A stretch of DNA of 64,000 nt from NCBI GenBank assembly GCA_038087875.1, contig CM075990.1:12774001-12838000 (forward strand). Direction: 5' to 3'. The notes under the pieces were generated by a model, which was given only the letters and a program-made list of their open reading frames with translations, did no database searches and was not told the origin of the DNA. Each line of letters starts with the position of its first letter. Within the stretch, counting starts at the first letter, position 1. Position numbers and translations under genes: made by a program. Below are positions 48,834 through 60,129 of the stretch, piece by piece. The DNA is from Malacoraja senta. Taxonomy: Eukaryota.

Positions 48834-49479
48834 CTGTAAAAGGAAAAATAACCGTGTAGCATGGGCATTTTGTAAGGTTGTTTAATAACCTAAAGTAAAA
48901 AAACGTAGTCAGAAAGTTAACAACCTTTCGACAGCCCTTTCCCCTCAATTAACTCTCCCACGCGGATTCTCACAAATATTCATTTCAATGGACATACAAA
49001 ATGTTCTGCAGCAAGAGGCGGTCGGGCTGAAGATGGTCCACAACACCATAAATATAAGAGGGACCTGCAATAGATGGTGGGGCGAGAATGAAGAGTACCA
49101 TCATGACTCTAAAGCGTACTTTTGTAACTTTGTCGGCGCCAGAAACCTGGCGACTCTTTGTGTACTTTGTGCATTGTATGCAAAAGCAAATGATTTCACT
49201 GTACATAGGTAACAATAAAGTTTCATTGAATCATTGAACAGATCAGCTGATCCATCAGAGAGACACAACATGCTGGAGTAACTCAGCGAGACAGACAGCA
49301 TCCCTGGAGAGCAGGAATGAGTGACCTTTTGGGTCGAGACCCTTCATCAGACTAGCATTTTATGTCTATCTTCGGGTTAAACCAGCATCTGCAGTTCCTT
49401 CCCACACTGCTGATCTATCAGTACAGAAATGATGAGCCGAAGGGCCTCATTCTCTGTTGTATCTCTCCATACAATACAA

Positions 49480-49997
49480 TGACGGGCACCCGAAAAAGGG
49501 ACCACATCACCCCGATTCTGGCCTCTCTTCACTGGCTCCCAGTGCGGTTCAGAATCAATTTCAAGCTCCTCCTTTATGTATACAAAGCCCTTAACGGGCT
49601 TGCCCCCACCTACATCCAAAATCTGCTAACCCACCATTCTACCTCCAGGTGCCTCAGGTGGGCCGACTTGGGGCGACTGACTATCCCGTGGTCCAGGTAT
49701 AAGCTCAGGGGCGACCGCGCTTTTGCGGTTGCAGCACCTAGACTGTGGAACAGCATCCCTCTTCTCATCAGAACTGCCCCCTCCATCAACTCCTTTAAGT
49801 CTAGACTTAAAACTTATTTCTACTCACAAGCGTTTCTTGAGGTCCTCTGAGGGAGCGCTGTATGTATGTATTTATGTATGTATTGTTGATCTATGTACCA
49901 CTGTATGTAGCATGTTAGTACCTGCACTGATATAAAGCACTTTGGTCAACGAGAGTTGTTTTTAAATGTGCTATAGAAATAAAGTTGACTTGACATG
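49480..49997 (+). mobile_element. L2-clade LINE 3' fragment
   Basis: DHITPILASLHWLPVRFRINFKLLL, GDRAFAVAAPRLWNSIP; GACTT-type tail. Confidence 0.9.
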
Positions 49998-50635
49998 ACT
50001 CTCTATCAAGCCTGCAGCACAGATTAATTATCAGCTAAATCTTTCTTCCCTCTCTGACAGCTCCAACAATTGCCCCACCCAACTTCCCAAGTCTAGTTGG
50101 CTCTACGTCATAGAATCCCACTCATCAAAACTTTACTGTACTTCATCTCTAACTGCTTCTGAAGGACCAAAACTGCTTTCTTCAACATTCTTTGATCTCC
50201 TGATTAACTCTTCTACAACTAATCCGTAGGGACCATTTGCTGCCTAAATGCCTGAAAATGTTGACTATGTTTAATCATGCTCCATAAATGCAAACTCCCA
50301 TGGTGAAACTCCCCACAGTCAGCAAGAGTCTGTAATGCTGATCTAGAAGTAGCTAAAGAAACATTGATAGATCCTGTCAGAAAAGAATGAACAAGCTCGT
50401 TCTCTCAAAGAGGCCTTTACGATTAATGAAAAGTTTTGAACGGGTAGGAGCACAAATAATTCCACGTGGGTTGGGCAGGGGAGATCAAAAGTAGAGACAT
50501 CTCAAAGTAAGTAGCGGGAAAAATAAATGATTGAGAAAGGCATAGAAAGATATCATAAATTGGATTCAATTGAAAAGGGTTTGAGGTTTCATCACGTTGT
50601 GTCGCGAATACACCAGAAATTGGTCAGACACCTTA

Positions 50636-51005
50636 GGGCGGCACGGTGGCGCAGTGGTAGAGTTGCTGCCTTACAGCGCTTGCAGTGTCAGAGACCCAGG
50701 TTCAATCCCGACTACAGGTGCTGTCTGTATGGAGTTTGTACGTTCTCCCCGTGACCGCGTGGGTTTTCTCCGAGTTCTACAGTTTCCTCCCACACTCCAA
50801 AGAGGCCTTTACAATTAATGAAAAGTTTCAAATGTGTAGGCGCACAAATATTTGTAGGTTTGTAGGTTAATTGGCTTGGAATAAGTGTAAATTGTCCTTA
50901 GCGTGTGTAGGATAGTGTTAATGTGCGGGGATCGCTGGTTGGTGCGGACTCGGTGGGCCGAAGGGCCTGTTTCCGCGCTGTATCTCTAAACTAAACTCAA
51001 CTAAA
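50636..51005 (+). mobile_element. tRNA-derived V-SINE (HE1-like) with an internal insertion of about 50 bp
   Basis: Full head and tail; extra segment at about 50804-50850. Confidence 0.87.
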
Positions 51006-51101
51006 CCTTTGCTCTAAATTCTATGTATGCATGTGTAACCTTTTGCTCTTTTTTCATAATGTATCATCAATCATTCCTGCAAACTACTCGATGAACATCC
51101 G

Positions 51102-51167
51102 CTCACTTTGTGTACATCGAATCTTCAGCATCCCCTCATGGCTGAAGGCGAGGGTCAGGTAACTCTG
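51102..51167 (-). pseudogene. Intronic partial duplicate of the SEC24-like exon at 48675-48833
   Basis: Reads QSYLTLAFSHEGMLKIRCTQ then GTGAG, versus QSYLTRSFGHEGMLRIRCTQ then GTGAG in the real exon. Confidence 0.88.
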
Positions 51168-51931
51168 TGTGGGGCAGGCAATACACATGGATATCACCTC
51201 CCTACAATGTACGAGGTTAGCGTAAGATGCTATGCTACACTAGGAGGGGGAGAAAAGGGGGGAGTTTAAGGTTAGTTACCTAATATTGGAGAATTATATT
51301 GGTATCTTACATCGGTAGTGCTTTAATGTTGGGGTAATGGACTGCTAAGCCCAAATGGACTTTACTGAAGAACGAAAAGATAAACAACATTCCCTACACT
51401 GGTACAGGAGAACAACCAGCTATTGTATCTATTCCAGTACCGTTTAGTTATTACAGGCTGTTGTTATCTGATTTTGATGCCTGAAAGGGGAGATGCAGGC
51501 TTAGTAGGAAGCTAGAATAGAGAACCTGGTGTATACTTGAAGCCCAAAATGAGAAGGGTAACAAGGAGAGGGACTGTTTTGATTATTCCTCAAAATAACC
51601 AGAGCAGGTAAGAAAGGCCTCATTAGTTGTTAAATTTGTAAGCCTAGAATTTCATCTTTGCTTCGGCTTCTACTACGGCACCCACCCAACTGTGTCCCGT
51701 ATGTGGGCGAGCCTTCCGGGCCCAGATTGGTCTCACCAGTCACCACCGGACCCACAAACAAAAACACTGAAGTCATGGTCTTCTTCAACTACGAAGGACG
51801 AACAACAAAACAAGTATATGCATATTGTACTTAACAACATTAACATGCTATGTTTAGCGTATAAGACACTCTACCCCTATTACTGTATATCCCAGGACAC
51901 TGACTGGCTTTGCCATTGTCTAAACACTCAC

Positions 51932-52055
51932 CTATAGATGCAAGGTCCGTATACTGCTGGCTCAGCAGGAATAGGTCCACCCCTGTCTGCTGTCCACAAA
52001 ACTCAAGTGCAAGCACTTTGTAGAAATTCATAGCTGACCCCAAGTGCTTAGCTCC
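51932..52055 (-). CDS. SEC24A/B-like exon (GAKHLGSAMNFYKVLALEFCGQQTGVDLFLLSQQYTDLASI)
   Basis: FYK.LAL, VDLFLLS and DLAS motifs; G|GTGAGT donor; 124 nt. Confidence 0.94.
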
Positions 52056-53442
52056 CTTGTGCAGAGGGAGGAAGGAAGAAACATTCATTCAATTCAAGTA
52101 TTTAAATTTAAATTCATATATTCTAAATTTAGATCCTCCTGCATGACTTTGTGTACAAGTTCATACTGTGAAAGATTGGAAGGCGATGCACTTGCATCTC
52201 AGGAGCAACACAGTTGGTAAGTCCATTGCCTCTTGAAAATATCACTGTTAACACTCAACTTACGCTAATTACTGTACGACAGCAATTAACAGGACTAAGA
52301 AAAAAACAAATACGTACTGGGTTCATTCCGAGAAGGTTAGAATTGTAAAGCAAAGAGATTAAGTTAAAATTGCATGGGACATTAGTTATAACCCAGACAA
52401 TTACCATTTCTTGTGGAAAATGGTTACATAAAACAACCAGAAAGTGGTGGAGTAACTCAGCAGGTCAGGCAGCATCTCTGGAGAATGGTCTGAAGAAGTG
52501 TCCCGACCCAAAACATCCCTATCCATGTTCTCCAGAGATGCTGCCGGACCTGCTGAGTTACTCCAGCAATTTAGTTTAGTTTAGAGAAACAGCGAGGAAA
52601 CAGACCCATCAGCCCACCGAACCAGCGATCCCCGCACATTTTAAATTACAATTAAAACACAAAGTACTTGTGCTATAACTCCAGGATAAGCGCTCAACTA
52701 AGAAAACCAAGCCCCAAACCAAAGTATGATCTAACTAAATACACCAACTTACAATAAATGACTCCATATGTGGAAAAAAACCCAGCTACCTACATATTAA
52801 TTCACTTTAAAAAACAACTGATCGTGTAGATGCAAGTGTATCATTGGGGTTATCAAGTGGGCACCTCCCTTCATTGATGTTTCATTGAGTTAGGCCCATG
52901 ACTCCTCAGGAAGGCTCAACAGTTGGTTCTGGCGTCCCATAGAGGTAACCAAAGGAGAAGCCAGATAAGAGGAGAAAGGAATATACTGCTAGAGAAACTG
53001 GTTACCCTTATCAGGCAACTGAACTGTCGTATCACCAACTGGAGGGCGGTCCTGACCTAACATCTACCTCATGGGGACATTCAGAATATCTTTAATTGGA
53101 CTTCACTTGACTTTATCTGGTGATTTCACATACAGTGTATGTGACAAATATTGCATATTGACTATTGACGAAATGTTATTCCCTTTATCCTGTATCTATA
53201 CACTATGGACAGCCTGATTGTAATCATCATTTTGCTGACTGGATAGCACGCAACAAAAAATATTTTCTTTGTGCCTCGGTACACGTGACAATAATAAACT
53301 AAACTAAAGTAAAATGGAGCATAAACCAGTGAATCCTAGGCCGAGATTTCTTTGTGATTCCAGCGAACTTGTGAGATGGTAATTCGCTGACCAGTAGGAC
53401 TGCCCACTAAGGTAAGGGTTCATAGGAGAAACATCAGCCTAC

Positions 53443-53643
53443 CAGAGTACAGTCGCCAGGATCATCCCGTGATTGCAAGGACCCACAGCCGGTGTTGGGT
53501 AACTGGGTCAAAAAGGCAGACACTCGCCCGCCACAACACATTAGGACTTTTTGAGCGAGCTGCAGGGCTGGTCCAAAGGCACATGCTTTCTTCTGAGTGT
53601 CTCTGAACATACCTGGCAGTTCTTCCAGTAAGGAAATGATGAG
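53443..53643 (-). CDS. SEC24A/B-like exon (LIISLLEELPGMF...AFGPALQ...GGRVSAFLTQLPNTGCGSLQSRDDPGDCTL)
   Basis: GPALQ, GGRV and TQLP motifs; cacAG acceptor, CTG|GTAGG donor; 201 nt. Confidence 0.95.
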
Positions 53644-53696
53644 CTGTGACACAGGAAGTGTTAAATTAGTGGGAACATTAGAACAATCACACACAA

Positions 53697-54110
53697 CTAT
53701 CCATCATCGGCGGTCACTCGAAACGAGTATGACTGTCCTCTCATGGAGGACGCCTGTGCGTGACTTTGTTTAACGTGGGGAGACTGGTGCACAGACAGCC
53801 ACCACACGGTCCTTGACAGATCTGGGTCAGGATCCAGTGGCATGGAATCCAAGACGACCGGGGACCCTTTTCTGTTGCAGCCTTCATCCGCCTTCCCAGC
53901 TGTTGTGACGCTCCACTAAAGTCAGCCATCATCCTCTGCCTGTTCCACTGTTGAGGTCTTGGTTGGATTGCTCTTTGTCAGAGACCTCCCCCTCGACCTT
54001 ACCGCCATGGGTGACCCTACCAGGAACATAGCTCCAGACGGCATCGGTCTCAGGATCTCAGGACCACACAAGCTTCTCCACCACGATAAGGTGACAATCC
54101 ACGGAGAAGA
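53697..54110 (-). mobile_element. Short non-autonomous RTE-clade element
   Basis: The minus-strand 5' part (CACCTTATCGTGGTGGAGAAGCTTGTG...TAGGGTCACCCATGGCGG) resembles RTE/BovB-type 5' UTRs, from memory; GAT-repeat tail; no ORF. Confidence 0.6.
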
Positions 54111-54812
54111 ACAATGTAGTTTCATGCTTTCAGCTGCAGCTTTCATTTGACGAGGTAAACCAGTAAACTTGAGAGGGGAGACCATTGTAGTTGGGAAGAC
54201 TGTTGCTAAGGAGTACGTATCAAATTAAATCTGTCAGCTGAGTTGATGAGTACTGTTTAGGAATTTTAAAAATGAGGCTCAAAACTGGTGTGAATTGTGG
54301 GCTTTGGGTGGGTCTGCAGAAGAATCACAACAGTGGCATACAATACAAAACGATACAATAGAACTATTTCTCCCAGAAGGGAAATTGATCTGCCAACAGT
54401 CATAAAACACAAGATAAATGAAACATAAAATTAAAGTGACGAGTGGAAAGTATTGGGGATGTGCAAAGATTTGGGGAGGGAGGGTAGGGGAGTCAGTCTA
54501 CCCCACGACAGAAGGGGGAGGAGTTGTACAGTTTGATAGCCACAGGGAAGAAGGATCTCGTGTGGTGTTCTGTACTGCAGAACAGTGGAACCAGTCTGTT
54601 GCTGAAGGTGCTCCTCAGGTTGACCAGTGCGTCATAATGGGTGCTTGGTTGTCATCTTCCAAAATGTTATGGAACGGTCATTAACAGTGGAGCAGACTCG
54701 AGGGCCAAATGGGCGACCGACCTGTTCTTGTTTCTGTATTTACAATGATTCCAGCAAGTAGCAATTTGGTAACAGGTGGAACCAGAAGTCATTTGACTCC
54801 TCTGGTGCATTA

Positions 54813-55024
54813 AGGGGCTGTCCCACTTGCGCGTAATTTACGTGATGTCATTTACGTGTCACAACGCACGACGCGCGCATGGTGCGCATTACGCGCGCAT
54901 GGTGCGTGATGACATTGGCAGTGACACACGATGTTGCAGGATTTTGTGATGTACAAAATCTTCGAGCGCCATCTGCGTGACGCGCAAATGACAGCCAAGT
55001 GACCTGCTATTATTCGCGCGCCCT
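54813..55024. mobile_element. PIF/Harbinger-type MITE, same family as 63115-63297 in opposite orientation, with a damaged right TIR
   Basis: AGGGGCTGTCCCACTTG left end; TTA TSD; CpG-rich body shared with the 63.1-kb copy. Confidence 0.8.
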
Positions 55025-55357
55025 TTAGACCTGCTATTATTCTCCGTACTCGCCTAAACTTCTGATTCCATCAGGTAAGAAATTTTAAAACAACGTGAGA
55101 TCATGCAAGCACTTTCTAGTGTGTGAGGCACAGATGGTCAACAGTCAAGATTTAATGGCATAAGTCAATGAAGGAAGAAGTGATTAAGTATTATGGAAAG
55201 ATGGTATAGAGCAGACTTATTTTCTTGCATGGAGTGTAAACACAATGAGCTGGATGGGCTGAATAGCCTGATTCTGTGTGAACATAACTACAATATACAA
55301 TTGTAATTTGGTAATAAGAAACATTGCATGATCTTATGAGGACAAGAATTGTCATAC

Positions 55358-55413
55358 CTGTCTACTTTGTTGGAGATTCACCAACATCTCATTTTCGTTT
55401 GGGACAAAGATAT
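55358..55413 (-). CDS. SEC24A/B-like exon with the SEC23-binding strand (DIFVPNENEMLVNLQQSRQ)
   Basis: ttttAG acceptor, CAG|GTATGA donor; 56 nt, phase-consistent. Confidence 0.92.
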
Positions 55414-56935
55414 CTAAAAGAAGAAAACTGCATGTGATAACTGTGAAGACCGCAACAGAGATTGGTTAAAGTCAGTTGATTCGATGTTCTAGACACAAAG
55501 TGATGGTGTAACTCAGCAGGTCAGGCGGCATCCCTGGAGAAAAAAGGGTGACGTTTCGGATCGGGACCCTTCAACTCCTACATGAAGCATCCTCTACAGT
55601 AAGACAGTAGAGTCTGAAGAAGGGTCTCGACCCGAAATGTCACCCATCCTTTTTCTCCAGAGATGCTGCTTGACCCGCTGAGATACTCCAGCACTTTGTG
55701 TCTATCTTCGGTATACACCAGCATCTGCAGTTCCTTTCTACAGATTCAATGATCTAGCCTGGCTGAGTAGTCCAAACCACAACTTTCTTTTAACTGTAGA
55801 AGAACATCCCATTATTTTTCCAGAAGAATTATCAAAATAAAATGGGAACTGAATCGGAGGATATGTTGGGATAGGTGTTTTTTATTTGTTTAAAATGGGG
55901 ATCAAAGAGGACTGTGAGAAATCCAGATTTAAATCTGGATTTACTGAAGATTTACTGAATTTAAGAAATTAATTTAAGAGCACAAGAACACGTGGCATTT
56001 AAAAGGGAGCTGGATATTTGCAGAGCACTAGGGAGAAAACAGGAGAATGAAGATAGAGACAAAATGCTGGAGTAACTCAGCAGCATCTCTGGAGAAAAGG
56101 AATAGGTAACATTTCGGGTCGAGACACTTTTTCAGGCTCACAGGGGAATGAGATCATTTGACAGCTCTTTGACAAGTACAAATGACAAGTAAAAATGACA
56201 GGTAGACAAGAATGCTGGAGAAACTCAGTGGGTGAGGTAGCATCTATGGAGCAAAGGAATAGGCGACTTTTCGGGTCGAGACCCTTCTTCTGACTCATGT
56301 GGGGATGGGGGGGGCGGGAAGAAGAAAGGAAGAGGCGGAGACAGTGGGCTGTGGGAGAGTAAAAATGGCATGTATAAAGGGCCAAAATGCTGCATCCTTC
56401 TGCTTCTAATCCTGACAAGTCGTATTGCAAGAGTGTTGCATTCTCATGCCCAGACAATTTAGATATGGAGTGGCCAGTAACAAAGTCTAAGAATCCCTGA
56501 ACATTAACAGTGGTACCATTGGGATTTAACACCTACACAGTGTTGAGAATTAATAGGCTTCAGAGAACGGGTCCAACCACAGGATCTTCCAAGGCCAAGA
56601 GAGGTGCATCTAATCATCACCCAGTCACAGGGACGTACTGTACTTCCTACCCCTTTAGTTGATATCCATCAATAAATGCATCTGTAGTGGCCATTTGGCT
56701 TGTTTTGTGTGTCATTGATGATGGCATGTGTCTTTAAATTTTAGACTGCCCGTTATACTGTGGGTGGGATTTATGACGTATTTTTGGGGCTAACGTTTCT
56801 TGCGCAGAAGCTTAGTTGTTAGTTTAGTTTCGGACCAGCATGCAGAAGGTTTACCCTTTGACCATGCGAAGTGTAACGGAGACACGTGGAGTTTTCTAAT
56901 GTTTAAAGCGATAAGCTGGAGTTCGATGAAGATTA

Positions 56936-58225
56936 CCCCTCAAAGCTGGCCTCCAAATTGTACAACCTCCACTTGTGCCCATCCCTGAGCAAGTGGATCC
57001 ACAATTTCCTGACCGGCAGACCACAGCTGGTGCGTGTGGGCCATCACATGTCATCCTCCCTCACCCTCAACACTGGGGCCCCCCAGGGCTGTGTGCTGAG
57101 CCCTCTGCTGTATTATCTCTACACCCACGACTGCAAGGCCATCTCAGACTCTAACATCATAGTCAGGTTTGCAGATGACACAGTAGTGGTAGGCCTAATC
57201 TCAAACAATGATGAGGCAGCCTACCACTCTGAAATCATCCACCTGGCAAACTGGTGTAGGGAGAATAACCTGGAGCTGAACACCTCCAAGACCAAGGAGC
57301 TCATAGTGGACTTCTCCAGGAAGCAGCAGAGGAGCTTTCTCCCCTTCAGCATAAACGGGGCCCAGGTGGAGAGGGTGGAGAGCTTCAGGTACCTCGGCAT
57401 CCACATCTCCCAGGACCTGACATGGTCACACCACCTCAGCAGCCTGGTAAAGAAGGCCAACCAGCGTCTTTACCATCTCAGATGGCTGAGGGACTTCAAG
57501 CTCCCCCTCAGGGTGCTCAAGAACTTCTACACCCATACTGTGGAGAGCATCCTGAGTGGGAGCATCATCACCTGGATGGGGAACACCATCAAGAGGGACC
57601 AACTGGCTCTGAGGAGGGTGGTTCGCTCAGCTGAGCGGACCATCAAAACCACCCTTCCCAACCTGCAGGACATCTACACCAAGCGCTGCAGGTCAAGAGC
57701 CAGGAGGATTATCCAGGACCACACTCACCCCAACAACAGACTGTTTTCCCTGCTGCCCTCAGGGAAACGGTACCGGCTGCTCAGGGCCAACACGGAGAGA
57801 ATGAGGAGGAGTTTCTTTCCCCAGGCCGTGAGACTGCTGAACGAGGACGGAGTGTCGCCGCCCCCCCCCCCCAGCCCCCCAACGCCCAAACCCTCCCCAC
57901 CCTCCTCACCAGCACCTGCACCGCTGCCCAAACCCCCCGCCCGCCCCGCCTCGCCACCATCAAACACACACACACATGGAACTGGATGGAACATGCTGTC
58001 ATCACAGGTGTTCCACGGCACTTGTCACTTTGCTTGTAACAGCACTACTTGTTATGTGGTATATTTATGGGGTATGTGTTATATGTAGGTATTGTTTTAT
58101 GTGGGTTATGTGTAAGTGGGGAACCATGCACAATTGGACAGGCACTTAAGCATTTCACTACTGGTTATACCTGTATAATTAAGTATGTGACCAATAAACT
58201 TGAATTGAATTGAATTGAATTGAAT
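56936..58225 (+). mobile_element. 5'-truncated Rex1/Babar-type LINE with an uninterrupted RT ORF
   Basis: GAPQGCVLSPLLY, FADDT, KTKELIVDF; AATAAA followed by a (TTGAA)n tail. Confidence 0.93.
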
Positions 58226-58511
58226 TATAGTAACGAGTCGGAAGAAGTTTGGATGTACCTTATTGTTTTTCATCAACAATAAAGAATTTATTCATCAAAA
58301 GACTGTGTTTTTGAAGACGTATCTGAAGAAGCTCTGAAGGTCCCTGACGGTGAGATCACATGCGTATAAAGACATTCCCCTTAACCATGCAGTCCATTTA
58401 GCGACTAGAGGGAGTAATCTCTTGAACGATATAAAAATCTGCCACTACAGCACCCAGCTCAAGAAACATTGGGTAAACTAATCCCAGCCCACCCGATCAA
58501 CAAAGACCTAC

Positions 58512-58630
58512 CATCAGTATCAGCCATGACCATCATGCGGGGTCGAAACAGACTGTTGTGCAATTGGAAGACATTTACCGTGCTGGAGAATGTAATGAAT
58601 CCAATGCGGGTTTGTGAATCACCAGGTAAC
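58512..58630 (-). CDS. SEC24A/B-like exon (LPGDSQTRIGFITFSSTVNVFQLHNSLFRPRMMVMADTD)
   Basis: IGFITF motif; cctAG acceptor, G|GTAGGT donor; 119 nt. Confidence 0.95.
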
Positions 58631-59006
58631 CTAGGCAACAAAAGACAGCAAATAAGGTTGGAAGTAGGTTTCGTCATTCGTAGAGCAATTGTACTTGTTT
58701 TCCTGTTACACCATGGGAGCAACGATGCAGGGGGAGAGATCCTAGATATTAACTAACAAGCACAGATGGAGGAAAGGTCTCATCAACCCCATACTTTCAG
58801 ATGATCATTCATCCCCCCTGTTGTGAAGTCTTTCCCACCTACTGAATTTCCATTTCCATTTTGAATTCCTACAACAGGGACATTTTTTTCACATTTACAC
58901 CAAGCCAATTAATCGACAAGCATGTACATCTTTGGAGTGTGGGAGAAAACCTACGCTGTTTACATCAGCTTAAATTATATCTAATGAGAGCCATTGTGAG
59001 CCTCAC

Positions 59007-59119
59007 CTGTCTATATTCTGCAGCAGGATTTTGCAGACAATTCCCAGGTAACCAGTTTCCAAGGCACAGTCACTAACATCAAACACAAACAGGTATGTTA
59101 CAGGCCGAAGCTGCCCAGC
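59007..59119 (-). CDS. SEC24A/B-like exon, start of trunk/vWA domain (AGQLRPVTYLFVFDVSDCALETGYLGIVCKILLQNIDR)
   Basis: YLFVFDVS and ETGYL motifs; ttcAG acceptor, AG|GTGAG donor; 113 nt. Confidence 0.95.
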
Positions 59120-60129
59120 CTGAATAAGGACAGAGATAACAGCAAGCAATTAGTGAAGCCAAGCTCTTGCCAGCAGGGGAGATGTACAAAGTACGTCACA
59201 GTGAGCGGTGGATGTCAGATGGGGAGAGAGGATGATGCTGACTCGTGTTACAGGGGAATTTGTTCACCTCAGCTGTCCATTTGCAGAAGGGTGCAGAGTG
59301 TAAGAAGTGACTGTTCACCAAGTGGAGGTGACATGATGCGTACAACTAGTATCTGATCCCAGCACCCCTGTCAGCCTGACTGGGTTATAGAGAGGGATTG
59401 ATCTAGTGCTGAGAGCCCCTCATCATCCACCAGTGATATACCTGCAGCAGATGTGTTGTACAATGTGCCTGTGTGGTCCAGATTTGTTCTGGCCTTTTCC
59501 TACCTCCAGTCCCCCCACCCCTCTACTTTCAGTCTGAAGAAGGTTTCCGGTCCGAAACGTCTCCCATCCCCTTTCTCCAGAGATGCTGCCAGAGTCGCTA
59601 AGTTATTCCAGTACTTTGTGTCTATCTTCAGTATAAACCGACGCCTGCAGTTCCTTCTTACACATGAAGTGTCCTCTGCAGTGACACAAAGCAATTATTC
59701 TGCACTGTGAGATGGAGAAATCTTAATACAGGCTTACAGAAAGAGTATCTTGTACACTTGTATTCCACACAACAAGCAGAGCCGGTGTGTCTTGTTTGAC
59801 TGCCTGACTGCGGGAGAAGATGCAAGGAAGAGATTTTTTTACCTTCCATCACAGTGAGGAGGTGCCTGGAGGAGACTCACTGTGATGGATGTTTCTGTTA
59901 CATTGTGTTTAATTGTGTGTTTTGTTACTATCTTACTGTTATGTCTGCATGGCAACGAAATTTCATGCAAACTTATTTTTGAATGACAAATAAAGCAATT
60001 CAATTCAATTCAATTCTGTGGTGCTTTGAAGAAATGAGAGGAAAAAACTGAAAAAACTGTTAAAAGCTTCATCTGGTGCAGCTTCATTCGCAACATGGAA
60101 AGAATATACATAAAACAGGTTGTGTATAA

